The notes: a model not told the origin generated them from the sequence alone. A stretch of DNA of 6,922 bases from Verrucomicrobiota bacterium (GCA_008932965.1 WBXG01000074.1:1-6922); one strand, 5' to 3'; shown: positions 1 to 6,547, counted from the first letter of the stretch. Program-made: numbers and translations.

Positions 1-186
1 AACCGCATCGATTGGAGGAGGTCTGACCCCATCAACACCTGGGGTAAAGCCAATAGTGAAGCCTGGAGTGACCCCTGGAGTGAATCCTTCTGGTTTATGA
101 ACAGCATCGATTGGAGGAGGTCTGACCCCATCAATACCTGGGGTAAAGTCTTTAGTGACACCTGGAGTGAAGCCTTCTGTATTATG
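1..186. repeat. Tandem repeat with a 99-nt unit (1..99) followed by an 87-nt unit (100..186); it probably continues to the left of the window
   Basis: The first 49 nt of the two units differ at 2 positions (aaccgcatcgattggaggaggtctgaccccatcaacacctggggtaaag versus aacagcatcgattggaggaggtctgaccccatcaatacctggggtaaag). The 12-nt length difference matches one copy of a nested short repeat, cctggagtga, seen at 62..71, 74..83 and 161..170. On the minus strand this short repeat encodes the recurring (F/V)TPG motif. A degenerate third unit starts at 187 (aacagcctg...). Confidence 0.85.
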
Positions 187-318
187 AACAGCCTGAAAAC
201 CATCTGTATTCACTACAGCATCTTTAGATGGTGGAGTATATGGTTTAACGGCAGCAAAAATAGAATTCACGCATGCAACATTCGTAATTAAAAACAATAA
301 GAAGATAATTTTTTTCAT
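1..318 (-). CDS. Secreted Pro/Gly/Thr-rich tandem-repeat protein, N-terminal 106 codons only (the gene continues past the left window edge)
   Basis: Read by hand on the reverse strand. From the ATG at 318..316 the frame stays open for all 106 codons down to position 1: MKKIIFLLFLITNVACVNSIFAAVKPYTPPSKDAVVNTDGFQAVHNTEGFTPGVTKDFTPGIDGVRPPPIDAVHKPEGFTPGVTPGFTIGFTPGVDGVRPPPIDAV. A basic N-terminus, a hydrophobic core and a small-residue site (IFA/AV) look like a Sec signal peptide. The DNA repeat periods (99 and 87 nt) are multiples of 3 and in frame on this strand. There is an in-frame alternative ATG at 333..331, and an in-frame TGA at 345..343 bounds the ORF upstream. No obvious Shine-Dalgarno sequence is present. 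The product family is not recognised. Confidence 0.6.
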   Translation of the reverse strand, partial: MKKIIFLLFLITNVACVNSIFAAVKPYTPPSKDAVVNTDGFQAVHNTEGFTPGVTKDFTPGIDGVRPPPIDAVHKPEGFTPGVTPGFTIGFTPGVDGVRPPPIDAV

Positions 319-633
319 AACTAGTATATTCATTACTTTTAATCAGGAATAAATCTTTCCTTAAAAATCGACATTATCCAGTAGCAGGGTTTCACTTTTT
401 ATAGGAACTTACTGCCTAAATGCACAAAACCTATCGGAATGTACTCTGAGTCTGATGTAAATCATCAATACTACAGAAAACAGTGAGTGCTTTGAATGCT
501 CTATAAAAAAATGATTAGATTCTTGCTGGGAGGATATTGTGAAAAGCTAGGGAAATATATTTTCTTTTCTGTAAAAAGTGGTCGTAATTAATAATAAAAC
601 TTCCTTGATGTCAAAACTTTTTTTAACGGATTT

Positions 634-649
634 TGAAATAGGCGGGTTA
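634..649 (+). repeat. Copy of the dispersed intergenic motif (TGAAATAgGCGGGTTA), 9 nt from the metQ stop codon
   Basis: tgaaataggcgggtta at 634..649 matches tgaaatatgcgggtta at 6651..6666 at 15 of 16 positions. It is also close to tgaaatatacgggtt at 5338..5352. It lies in non-coding DNA immediately 3' of metQ in the minus-strand sense. Confidence 0.55.
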
Positions 650-658
650 AGGTCGATC

Positions 659-1453
659 TTACCATCCTTGGATAACAGATCCGGGAAAAAGTTTTTGTGC
701 CTCTTCTAGGACCTCTGGGCTTTGATAGGCTTTTACAAAATCCTTCACGAGTTTGGAGTCTTGATTGTTTTCACGAGCGACGATGAGGTTAACGTAGGGT
801 GAATCTTTTTCCTCGATAAATAATCCATCACGCGTTGGCATAAGATTTATTTCAGAGGCGTAACCTGTATTAATAACGGCGATATCGACATCTTGTAGGG
901 AACGTGGAAGTTGAGCTGCATCAAGTTCGATGATTGAAAGATTTTTTGTATTGCTGATAACATCCACGGTTGTTGAGGTTCCTGTGCCTCCCTCTTTAAG
1001 GGTGATGAGTCCTTGTTTTTGAAGTAAAAGAAGTGCTCGTGCTAGATTGCTAGGATCGTTGGGGATAGCGATCTTGGAATGATCCTTGATTTCGGAAAGG
1101 TGATGGATTTTTTGGGAATAACCTGCGATTGGAAAAATAAAGGTTTTACCGACGGCAACTAACGGGTAGCTGCGGTTTTTTATTTGAGCCTCCAAATAGG
1201 GTTGATGTTGAAAAACATTGAGGTCGATGGATCCATCATTAAGAGCAGTATTTGGAATCGCATAATCAGAAAAAGTAACGACTTCCACTTTAATTCCATA
1301 TTTTTCTTGAGCGATTTTTGCAACTAGGTTGATCAAATCAGATTCTCGTCCAGCCATGACCCCAACTTTAAGGGTGTTGCTTTCTTGTTTCTTATGGCAG
1401 CTCACTACTAAAAAAGATGTTAACGTCAAGAGAAGAGGAATGGAGAATTTCAT
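659..1453 (-). CDS. metQ: Methionine ABC transporter substrate-binding lipoprotein (MetQ/NlpA family)
   Basis: The 264-aa ORF has an N-terminal lipoprotein signal, MKFSIPLLLTLTSFLVVSC, with lipobox VVS-C at Cys19. The body carries typical NlpA/MetQ stretches (LKVGVMAG, NVFQHQPYL, IAIPNDPSN..RAL.LL, NTGYA, PYVNLIVAR). It is the last gene of a metN-metI-metQ arrangement, separated from metI by 10 nt. Confidence 0.93.
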   Translation of the reverse strand: MKFSIPLLLTLTSFLVVSCHKKQESNTLKVGVMAGRESDLINLVAKIAQEKYGIKVEVVTFSDYAIPNTALNDGSIDLNVFQHQPYLEAQIKNRSYPLVAVGKTFIFPIAGYSQKIHHLSEIKDHSKIAIPNDPSNLARALLLLQKQGLITLKEGGTGTSTTVDVISNTKNLSIIELDAAQLPRSLQDVDIAVINTGYASEINLMPTRDGLFIEEKDSPYVNLIVARENNQDSKLVKDFVKAYQSPEVLEEAQKLFPGSVIQGW

Positions 1454-1463
1454 TTTTTTAAAA

Positions 1464-2114
1464 TTAGCGATGATTGCATTTTTTCACCAGATAATGACCA
1501 GCATATTGGATAAGCTGTACCAGGAGAACTAAGATGAGCACTGTTAAAAGCATCATTTTCAGATCAAATCGTTGATAGCCATAACGAATCGCAACATCTC
1601 CTAAACCGCCACCACCAATCGTCCCAGCCATGGCTGAGTAATTAACTAACGTCACGAGAGTCATGATAATGCTATTGAAAATACCTGGTAATGCCTCAGG
1701 AATAAAAACTTTAGTAATAATTTGCAAGGAACTTAATCCCATAGCATGAGCAGCATCCAGCAATCCTTCTGGTAACTCCATGAGTGCTGCTTCGATAAGA
1801 CGTGCAGTAAATGGAATGGCTCCGATCGTTAGTGGAACAATAGCAGCAACTGTTCCAATGCTTGTTCCCACGATCCATCGTGTGATCGGAATAATCGCAA
1901 CTAAAAGGATGATAAAAGGGATGGATCTGCCAATATTAATTATCATTTCTAACAAATGATGTGCCTGAGAATGCGGCAAAATCTGATGGGGCTTGGTCAC
2001 CTCTAGAGCTAGACCGAGTATTAGCCCGAAGGTAGAGGCAAATAGGGCCGAGACAAAAACCATGAGCAATGTTTCTCCTAAGGCTTGAGTGAGTATATTA
2101 ATCATTGGTAACAT
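1464..2114 (-). CDS. metI: Methionine ABC transporter permease (MetI)
   Basis: The 216-aa ORF is strongly hydrophobic and multi-spanning. It has an ABC permease EAA-type cytoplasmic loop ([25 protein letters not shown]). Its length and its position between the ATPase and the MetQ lipoprotein fit MetI. The start is uncertain between the ATG at 2114 and the in-frame ATG at 2105; both overlap the metN stop codon at 2098..2100. Confidence 0.92.
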   Translation of the reverse strand: MLPMINILTQALGETLLMVFVSALFASTFGLILGLALEVTKPHQILPHSQAHHLLEMIINIGRSIPFIILLVAIIPITRWIVGTSIGTVAAIVPLTIGAIPFTARLIEAALMELPEGLLDAAHAMGLSSLQIITKVFIPEALPGIFNSIIMTLVTLVNYSAMAGTIGGGGLGDVAIRYGYQRFDLKMMLLTVLILVLLVQLIQYAGHYLVKKCNHR

Positions 2115-3138
2115 AACCGAGGGTTTCTAATTGCACATGATGCTCAATAAAAAAGCGACGCGCCGCTTCGCACTGGTGAGATTCACCAACAAGTTCTGCA
2201 AGGAGGTATCCAAATTTAGTCCCTCCGGCATATTCGATATCAGCACTTAAGATGTTGATATCAATTTCAAAAATACGACTTGCCTCCGAGATAAGTGGCT
2301 TGTTTACGGTAGTTCCAGTGAATCCAAGCTTTACTAACGGAAAGGAGTGCTCCATTGGCTCTGAGCTGATCCTTGTTAGGTACTCTTCAGGAATTTTTAA
2401 TTGAAAAGTAGATTCAATAAAATTACGAGCCAAATCCGTTTTTGCATTTCCAAAGAACCATGAAACTGCTCCTTGCTCCACAATATGCCCCTCATTGATA
2501 ATGGCGACTTCATCACAGATCGACTTTACTACATCCATTTCGTGGGTAATAAGCAAAATAGTCAGTCCTAATTGTGCATTAATTTCTTTTAAAAGTGATA
2601 AAATAGAGCGTGTTGTTTGTGGGTCGAGTGATGAAGTTGCTTCATCACAGAGTAATACTTTTGGAGAGGATGCAAGAGCTCGTGCGATTGCTACTCGCTG
2701 TTTTTGTCCACCAGAGAGTTGCGAAGGATAGGCATGGGCACGATCACAGAGCCCAACTAAATTCAGTAGTTCGTTAACACGAGCATGAATTTTTTCTTTC
2801 GGACTGTTTTCTAGCTCCAGTGGTAATGCGATATTTTGAAAGACTGTACGTGAAGATAATAGGTTGAAATGTTGAAAAATCATTCCAATTTTTCGACGCA
2901 TTAGGCTTAGCTCCTCTTTATCTAGTCGTGTCATATGGTAACCATTAACAATAACCTCACCAGAGCTAGGTTGTTCCAGTAGATTAATAGTTCGAATGAG
3001 TGTGCTTTTTCCGGCTCCGGAAGCTCCAATCACACCAAAAATCTTCCTTGCCTTCACGTGTAGGTTGATATCACGAAGTGCATGAAAGGTTTTTGTTCCT
3101 CTTTTATAAATTTTATTAATACCGATGAGTTCAATCAT
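2098..3138 (-). CDS. metN: Methionine ABC transporter ATP-binding protein (MetN) with C-terminal NIL domain
   Basis: The 346-aa ORF has Walker [10 protein letters not shown] (aa 38-46), ABC signature LSGGQKQR (aa 141-148), Walker B VLLCDE (aa 161-166) and an H-loop ITHE. A C-terminal extension of about 100 aa (VKLGFTG...[21 protein letters not shown]) is characteristic of the MetN NIL regulatory domain. Confidence 0.95.
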   Translation of the reverse strand: MIELIGINKIYKRGTKTFHALRDINLHVKARKIFGVIGASGAGKSTLIRTINLLEQPSSGEVIVNGYHMTRLDKEELSLMRRKIGMIFQHFNLLSSRTVFQNIALPLELENSPKEKIHARVNELLNLVGLCDRAHAYPSQLSGGQKQRVAIARALASSPKVLLCDEATSSLDPQTTRSILSLLKEINAQLGLTILLITHEMDVVKSICDEVAIINEGHIVEQGAVSWFFGNAKTDLARNFIESTFQLKIPEEYLTRISSEPMEHSFPLVKLGFTGTTVNKPLISEASRIFEIDINILSADIEYAGGTKFGYLLAELVGESHQCEAARRFFIEHHVQLETLGYVTND

Positions 3139-3193
3139 ATAAGAAAGTGCTATTGAAGAGAGTTTCTAGCTGCGATTTTAGGAAATATCAGGG

Positions 3194-4138
3194 CTAGGAA
3201 GGTAAACGGGTGCAAAGAAGAGAGGTGTTATGAGTTAGCGGGGTTAAAGTAAATTTTTTTTGTAAAGCAGGAAGGAGGAAAAAATTCCCGGGATGGAACG
3301 TCTTATCCTGACATTCAACTTTTCCTGTTAAACAGGTGAAAATTGCAAACTCCTCCGAGTTAGTGATCTCGCAAGGAGCTTCTAGATTCCATTTTTCTGT
3401 ATGAAAATAATCAGAAGCTACTGCCGATCCTCTGGTCTGAAGCGAGGGCTCTTCATCTTCAAAATCAATAGAATCCATCGCCTCTTCATGATGAAGAGAG
3501 CGAGTGCGACCTTCGTGATCACGTCGATTCCAATCAAAAACACGATAGGTGGTATCACTGTTTTGTTGAATTTCAATCACAAGATTTCCTTTGCCAAGCG
3601 CATGCAAGCGCCCACTTGGAATGAACAAAGAGTCCTCTTCTTTTACAGCAATACGATGGAGAATCTTATCAAGAGTTCCATTTTTTAGAGCACGTTCGAA
3701 CATCGTGCGTGACCCCCCTTTTTTTAATCCCGCATAGCAAAATGCATCAGGGGCTGTTTTTAGGAAATACCAAAACTCGGTTTTAGGTTCGCCATGAAAC
3801 TTGGAAGTGGCCGTTCGTCTAGGGTGAACTTGAAGAGAAAGCATTTCCGTAGCATCCAAAATTTTACAGAGCAGGGGAAAAGAGGTGGCCTTATTGTTCA
3901 AATGCTTTGCCCCAAAAATAGCAGCTCTTTGGTGGCTCCAAAGTTCATGAAGGCTCGTTCCTTGAAGTGGTCCAGTCTCGACAATGCTTTGAGCTTCGGG
4001 TCGATCCACTAATGCCCAGAGCTCCCCAATTAAAACAGATGTTGGGAGAGGAATATGTAATTCAGTTTCTAAGAGGCGACCTCCCCAGGGGCGCTCCATC
4101 AAGAGAGGTTTAAAGGTAATAGGAGAGGGCGATATCAT
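3194..4138 (-). CDS. manA: Type I mannose-6-phosphate isomerase (phosphomannose isomerase, cupin fold, short Bacillus-type)
   Basis: The 314-aa ORF has the N-terminal FKPLLMERPWGG motif typical of short type I PMIs. The expected metal-ligand pattern is present: LSLQVHP (Q103/H105), KTEFWY (E121) and GRLHALG (H179). YRVFDWNR resembles the conserved YR.YD(Y/W).R motif. No Shine-Dalgarno sequence is visible upstream. Confidence 0.85.
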   Translation of the reverse strand: MISPSPITFKPLLMERPWGGRLLETELHIPLPTSVLIGELWALVDRPEAQSIVETGPLQGTSLHELWSHQRAAIFGAKHLNNKATSFPLLCKILDATEMLSLQVHPRRTATSKFHGEPKTEFWYFLKTAPDAFCYAGLKKGGSRTMFERALKNGTLDKILHRIAVKEEDSLFIPSGRLHALGKGNLVIEIQQNSDTTYRVFDWNRRDHEGRTRSLHHEEAMDSIDFEDEEPSLQTRGSAVASDYFHTEKWNLEAPCEITNSEEFAIFTCLTGKVECQDKTFHPGNFFLLPALQKKFTLTPLTHNTSLLCTRLPS

Positions 4139-4221
4139 GCGTGATCGAATACTCTAGCAGATTTGTTTTCCCACGGTCAAAACTTGAGTTTGCTTTTTAT
4201 ATTGGATATTGATATCTTTTT

Positions 4222-5292
4222 TTGATGAGCAATATATCTGGCATGAAATCGGTTCCTCCGGATTCACAATCTCGTTCTTTTGTTCCAAGAGACATACAAT
4301 CTGAGTTAGAAAAAGAGGTGTCTGAAGAACAATCAGGCAATTTTTTGGGAATCAAAAATATGACTCATGAGGGAGCTTCGCCTTCCTCCCTTTATTCTTG
4401 TTTGAATAAATCATGGAGCTCTATTTGCAAATTTTTTAGTTACGTTTCCTATTATTTTTCCTGTTGTTTTTCAAAGGGCTCTTTTCAAAATGTCACCAGG
4501 AATCAAAATGCTCCTTTAGTGATATCTGATGATCAAAAAAAGGCAGCTCAGATTTTGAGAGAATATTTTCAAAACGAAAATATTGTGAGGCAATATGGAG
4601 GAGTTTTTGAGCTAAAAAAGCGGTTTTATATCAAGCAAAAAGAATTTTTAATAAATGATCTTCAATATTTGCAAGCCTCGGTTGTTGATCTCAACAACAA
4701 GATACAAAACAAAACTGAAGAAATAAATGAGGAGGGAGAACCTTCTATTTTAATTCAGGATATTGTTGAAAAACTTCAACACTTAAAAAATCAGAGTGAA
4801 TATCAATCACTAGCAAAGAGTATAGAAAGCCGACTTCTTATTGATAAGAGACTTGAAAATGGAGCATGTATCTTCTCGGCAAAGGCTCTTTCATTTGCGA
4901 TCGAACTTGGTTTAGAGCGATTTACGACAAAGCAAGATGCCAATGACAGATTACAAAAGGAACTGCGGGCTCTCTATAATAACAATCACGATTTTTTATC
5001 AATGGCCAATCGTGATGATTCCAACCTGATTGCTGGCATTAGTGCAACTATGGACCATGCAACACTGGTATCATTAGAAACTTTTAATGAAGAAGATTTA
5101 GAAAGGTTAAGAAATAATAATAAAAAAACAGAAGCTGGATTTGAAAATAATATGTTAGTTTTTCAAAATGATATTCAAATGATGGTCGAGCAGCTAATAG
5201 GAGCCATTTATAAGAGAATGGAACTAGAAGAGAGTAGAGCTTATATAAAAAGCAGAATGGAATCGCGAATGCGTGGTGGAGGCCTCATTTAA
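4222..5292 (+). CDS. Orphan hypothetical protein, 356 aa: Ser/Pro-rich N-terminus, Cys/aromatic-rich segment, then a long helical/charged region
   Basis: This is the only long ORF here, and nothing longer lies on the opposite strand. It fills the gap between manA and the flavoprotein gene. The track start at 4222 is TTG, immediately followed by an ATG at 4225, and another ATG lies at 4243. None of the three is preceded by a Shine-Dalgarno sequence, so the start is uncertain. I recognise no family motif. Its composition differs from its neighbours (see findings). Confidence 0.7.
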   Translation: MMSNISGMKSVPPDSQSRSFVPRDIQSELEKEVSEEQSGNFLGIKNMTHEGASPSSLYSCLNKSWSSICKFFSYVSYYFSCCFSKGSFQNVTRNQNAPLVISDDQKKAAQILREYFQNENIVRQYGGVFELKKRFYIKQKEFLINDLQYLQASVVDLNNKIQNKTEEINEEGEPSILIQDIVEKLQHLKNQSEYQSLAKSIESRLLIDKRLENGACIFSAKALSFAIELGLERFTTKQDANDRLQKELRALYNNNHDFLSMANRDDSNLIAGISATMDHATLVSLETFNEEDLERLRNNNKKTEAGFENNMLVFQNDIQMMVEQLIGAIYKRMELEESRAYIKSRMESRMRGGGLI

Positions 5293-5352
5293 CCCAAATA
5301 TTTCATGCTAATAGTGACCTCCTCGTCAGGATCAGTATGAAATATACGGGTT
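5291..5352. terminator. Long imperfect hairpin between convergent genes; candidate bidirectional terminator or 3'-end element
   Basis: aacccaaatatttcat (5291..5306) is the reverse complement of atgaaatatacgggtt (5337..5352) at 14 of 16 positions. In the minus-sense RNA one of the two mismatches becomes a G-U pair. The 30-nt loop contains a small inner hairpin, tgac-ctcctc-gtca. The left arm starts inside the TAA stop codon (5290..5292) of the orphan gene. A T5 run at 5360..5364 follows on the plus strand, but it lies 7 nt from the stem. The stem is AT-rich, so this is not a canonical intrinsic terminator. Confidence 0.3.
5333..5352 (+). repeat. Copy of the dispersed intergenic motif CAGTATGAAATATaCGGGTT, 10 nt from the flavoprotein gene stop codon
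   Basis: cagtatgaaatatacgggtt at 5333..5352 matches cagtatgaaatatgcgggtt at 6646..6665 at 19 of 20 positions, in direct orientation. Together the two copies bracket the CDS at 5363..6547. Confidence 0.7.
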
Positions 5353-5362
5353 CATCCAATTT

Positions 5363-6547
5363 TTAAAGAGATTGAGCAGCAGCATGAGCGCTAGCCCAGG
5401 CCCACTGAAAATTGTACCCTCCAAGCCATCCTGTCACGTCAACTACTTCACCAATAAAAAAGAGTCCAGCTACGCGATGTGCCTCCATCGTTTTGGAAGA
5501 GAGTTCGCTAGTAGAGACACCGCCTCGTGTTACTTCGGCTTTGGGATAGCCTTCCGTTCCTGAAAGCTTCAGGGGCCATTGATGAAGTAAGCTTAATAAT
5601 TCTCGAAACTCGCGATCCGAGTATTGATGGGTGGGCTTAGAAAATCCGTGTCGTTCGCTCCAAGCTTCAGCAAAACGCTTTGGAAGGTATCTGCTTAGTA
5701 AATTCGAAAGAAGGGCTGACGAGGAGCGTTCGTTTTCTAAGCAGGTCCGTTTCTCTTCTTCAGGAATAAGATTAAAAAAAAGTTCTTTTTCTCTGCTCCA
5801 GTAGGATGAAATTTGTAAAATAGCAGGACCGCTTATTCCACGATGAGTAAAGAGCAGTGATTCCTCAAAATTCATTTCCTCGTGTCCTACACGAACCGGT
5901 AGTGAGACACCAGCAAGGTTGCTACAAAAAGCAGCATCGGAGGATTCAAAGGTTAATGGAACAAGGGCAGGACGAAGTGGTGTGATGGATAGTCCAAATT
6001 GTTTTGCAATACGATAGCCAAAATCGGTGGCCCCTAACTTTTCAAAAGAGAGTCCACCAGTTGCAATAACCAAAGAGCTAGAGGTAAAGATTCCTTGCGA
6101 GGTGTTAACATGAAAATGGGTTGTTTTTGAAACTTCATGAACAGCACACGACGTCCATAACGAGACCTGATGAGCTAAACATTCATCTAGAAGAAGCTTG
6201 ATAATTTCCCGAGAACTCCCTGTGCAAAATTGTTGGCCTCTTTTTTTTTCGTAATAGGAAATTTTATATTTCTCCACTAGTGAAATGAAATCCCATGGTG
6301 AATAGCGAGCTAATGCTGATTTGCAGAAATTGGGATTTTCCGAGAGATAATTCTCAGCTGAAGCATGGATGTTTGTGAAATTACAGCGACCTCCTCCTGA
6401 GATTTCTATTTTTTTTCCAATTCTATCGTTGTGTTCTAGCAAAGTCACACGTAGTCCCTTCGATGCTGCTTGAGAAGCACAAAAGAGCCCTGCTGCTCCT
6501 CCTCCGATAACAATAACATCATAGTGAGAAACAGAAAGTGGCTTCAT
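5363..6547 (-). CDS. NAD(P)/FAD-dependent oxidoreductase, HI0933/YhiN/BaiN-like flavoprotein family
   Basis: The 394-aa ORF has an N-terminal dinucleotide-binding motif, DVIVIGGGAAGLFCA. It carries the family-typical GGGRCNFTN motif and the C-terminal GLFFIGEVVDVTGWLGGYNFQWAWASAHAAA block. A plausible Shine-Dalgarno sequence (aagga) lies about 9 nt upstream of the ATG on the minus strand. Confidence 0.9.
   Translation of the reverse strand: MKPLSVSHYDVIVIGGGAAGLFCASQAASKGLRVTLLEHNDRIGKKIEISGGGRCNFTNIHASAENYLSENPNFCKSALARYSPWDFISLVEKYKISYYEKKRGQQFCTGSSREIIKLLLDECLAHQVSLWTSCAVHEVSKTTHFHVNTSQGIFTSSSLVIATGGLSFEKLGATDFGYRIAKQFGLSITPLRPALVPLTFESSDAAFCSNLAGVSLPVRVGHEEMNFEESLLFTHRGISGPAILQISSYWSREKELFFNLIPEEEKRTCLENERSSSALLSNLLSRYLPKRFAEAWSERHGFSKPTHQYSDREFRELLSLLHQWPLKLSGTEGYPKAEVTRGGVSTSELSSKTMEAHRVAGLFFIGEVVDVTGWLGGYNFQWAWASAHAAAQSL

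Noticed and set aside
1-186. Possible CRISPR array because of the repeated 49-nt block
   Set aside because: The repeats are contiguous (99/87-nt period) without unique spacers of regular size. They are in frame within a coding sequence, and no cas genes are nearby.
97-291. Plus-strand 64-aa ORF from the supplied track
   Set aside because: It lies antisense to a better-supported minus-strand ORF that has a signal peptide and an in-frame repeat structure. Its Trp/Ser/Asn-rich translation looks like the typical shadow of a repeat region and has no start context.
610-619. Exact 10-mer gtcaaaactt shared by two intergenic regions (610..619 and 4176..4185)
   Set aside because: Dozens of exact 10-mer matches are expected by chance in a 7-kb AT-rich window, and there is no flanking similarity.
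644-664. tRNA-like 3' end (gggttaaggtcgatcttacca)
   Set aside because: It bears only a superficial resemblance to a T-arm plus CCA. No acceptor-stem complement or cloverleaf can be drawn, and the CCA belongs to the terminal Trp codon (TGG on the minus strand) of metQ.
1329-1532. Plus-strand 67-aa ORF overlapping the metQ start and the metI end
   Set aside because: It is antisense to two confidently identified genes. It is a short shadow ORF with no recognisable motif.
2495-2731. Plus-strand 78-aa ORF inside metN
   Set aside because: It is antisense to the Walker B and signature region of a clear ABC ATPase, so it is a shadow ORF.
3175-3180. TAAAAT -10-like hexamer (minus strand) upstream of metN as a promoter
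   Set aside because: No acceptable -35 lies at 16-19 nt spacing (best is ttacct). A single AT-rich hexamer in AT-rich DNA is not sufficient to call a promoter.
3401-4012. Plus-strand ORFs 3401..3688 (95 aa) and 3794..4012 (72 aa) inside manA
   Set aside because: Both are antisense to an intact phosphomannose isomerase with its catalytic motifs. They have basic, low-complexity translations and no independent support.
4400-4490. Classifying the orphan protein as an Inc-type inclusion membrane protein or a classical membrane protein
   Set aside because: The Cys/aromatic patch is a single segment of about 25 aa interrupted by Lys and many Ser residues. It is not a bilobed pair of hydrophobic helices, so there is no support for that specific class from sequence alone.
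5372-5563. Plus-strand 63-aa ORF inside the flavoprotein gene
   Set aside because: It is antisense to the highly conserved C-terminal block of the HI0933-family protein, so it is a shadow ORF.
6241-6249. Long homopolymers inside coding regions as phase-variation switches: T9 at 6241..6249, T8 at 6409..6416 and A8 at 5774..5781 in the flavoprotein gene, and T8 at 3254..3261 in manA
   Set aside because: All of them encode ordinary Lys-Lys or Phe-Phe pairs within intact full-length housekeeping ORFs of an AT-leaning genome. There is no frameshift and no reason to expect contingency behaviour. They are worth remembering only as possible sequencing-error hotspots.
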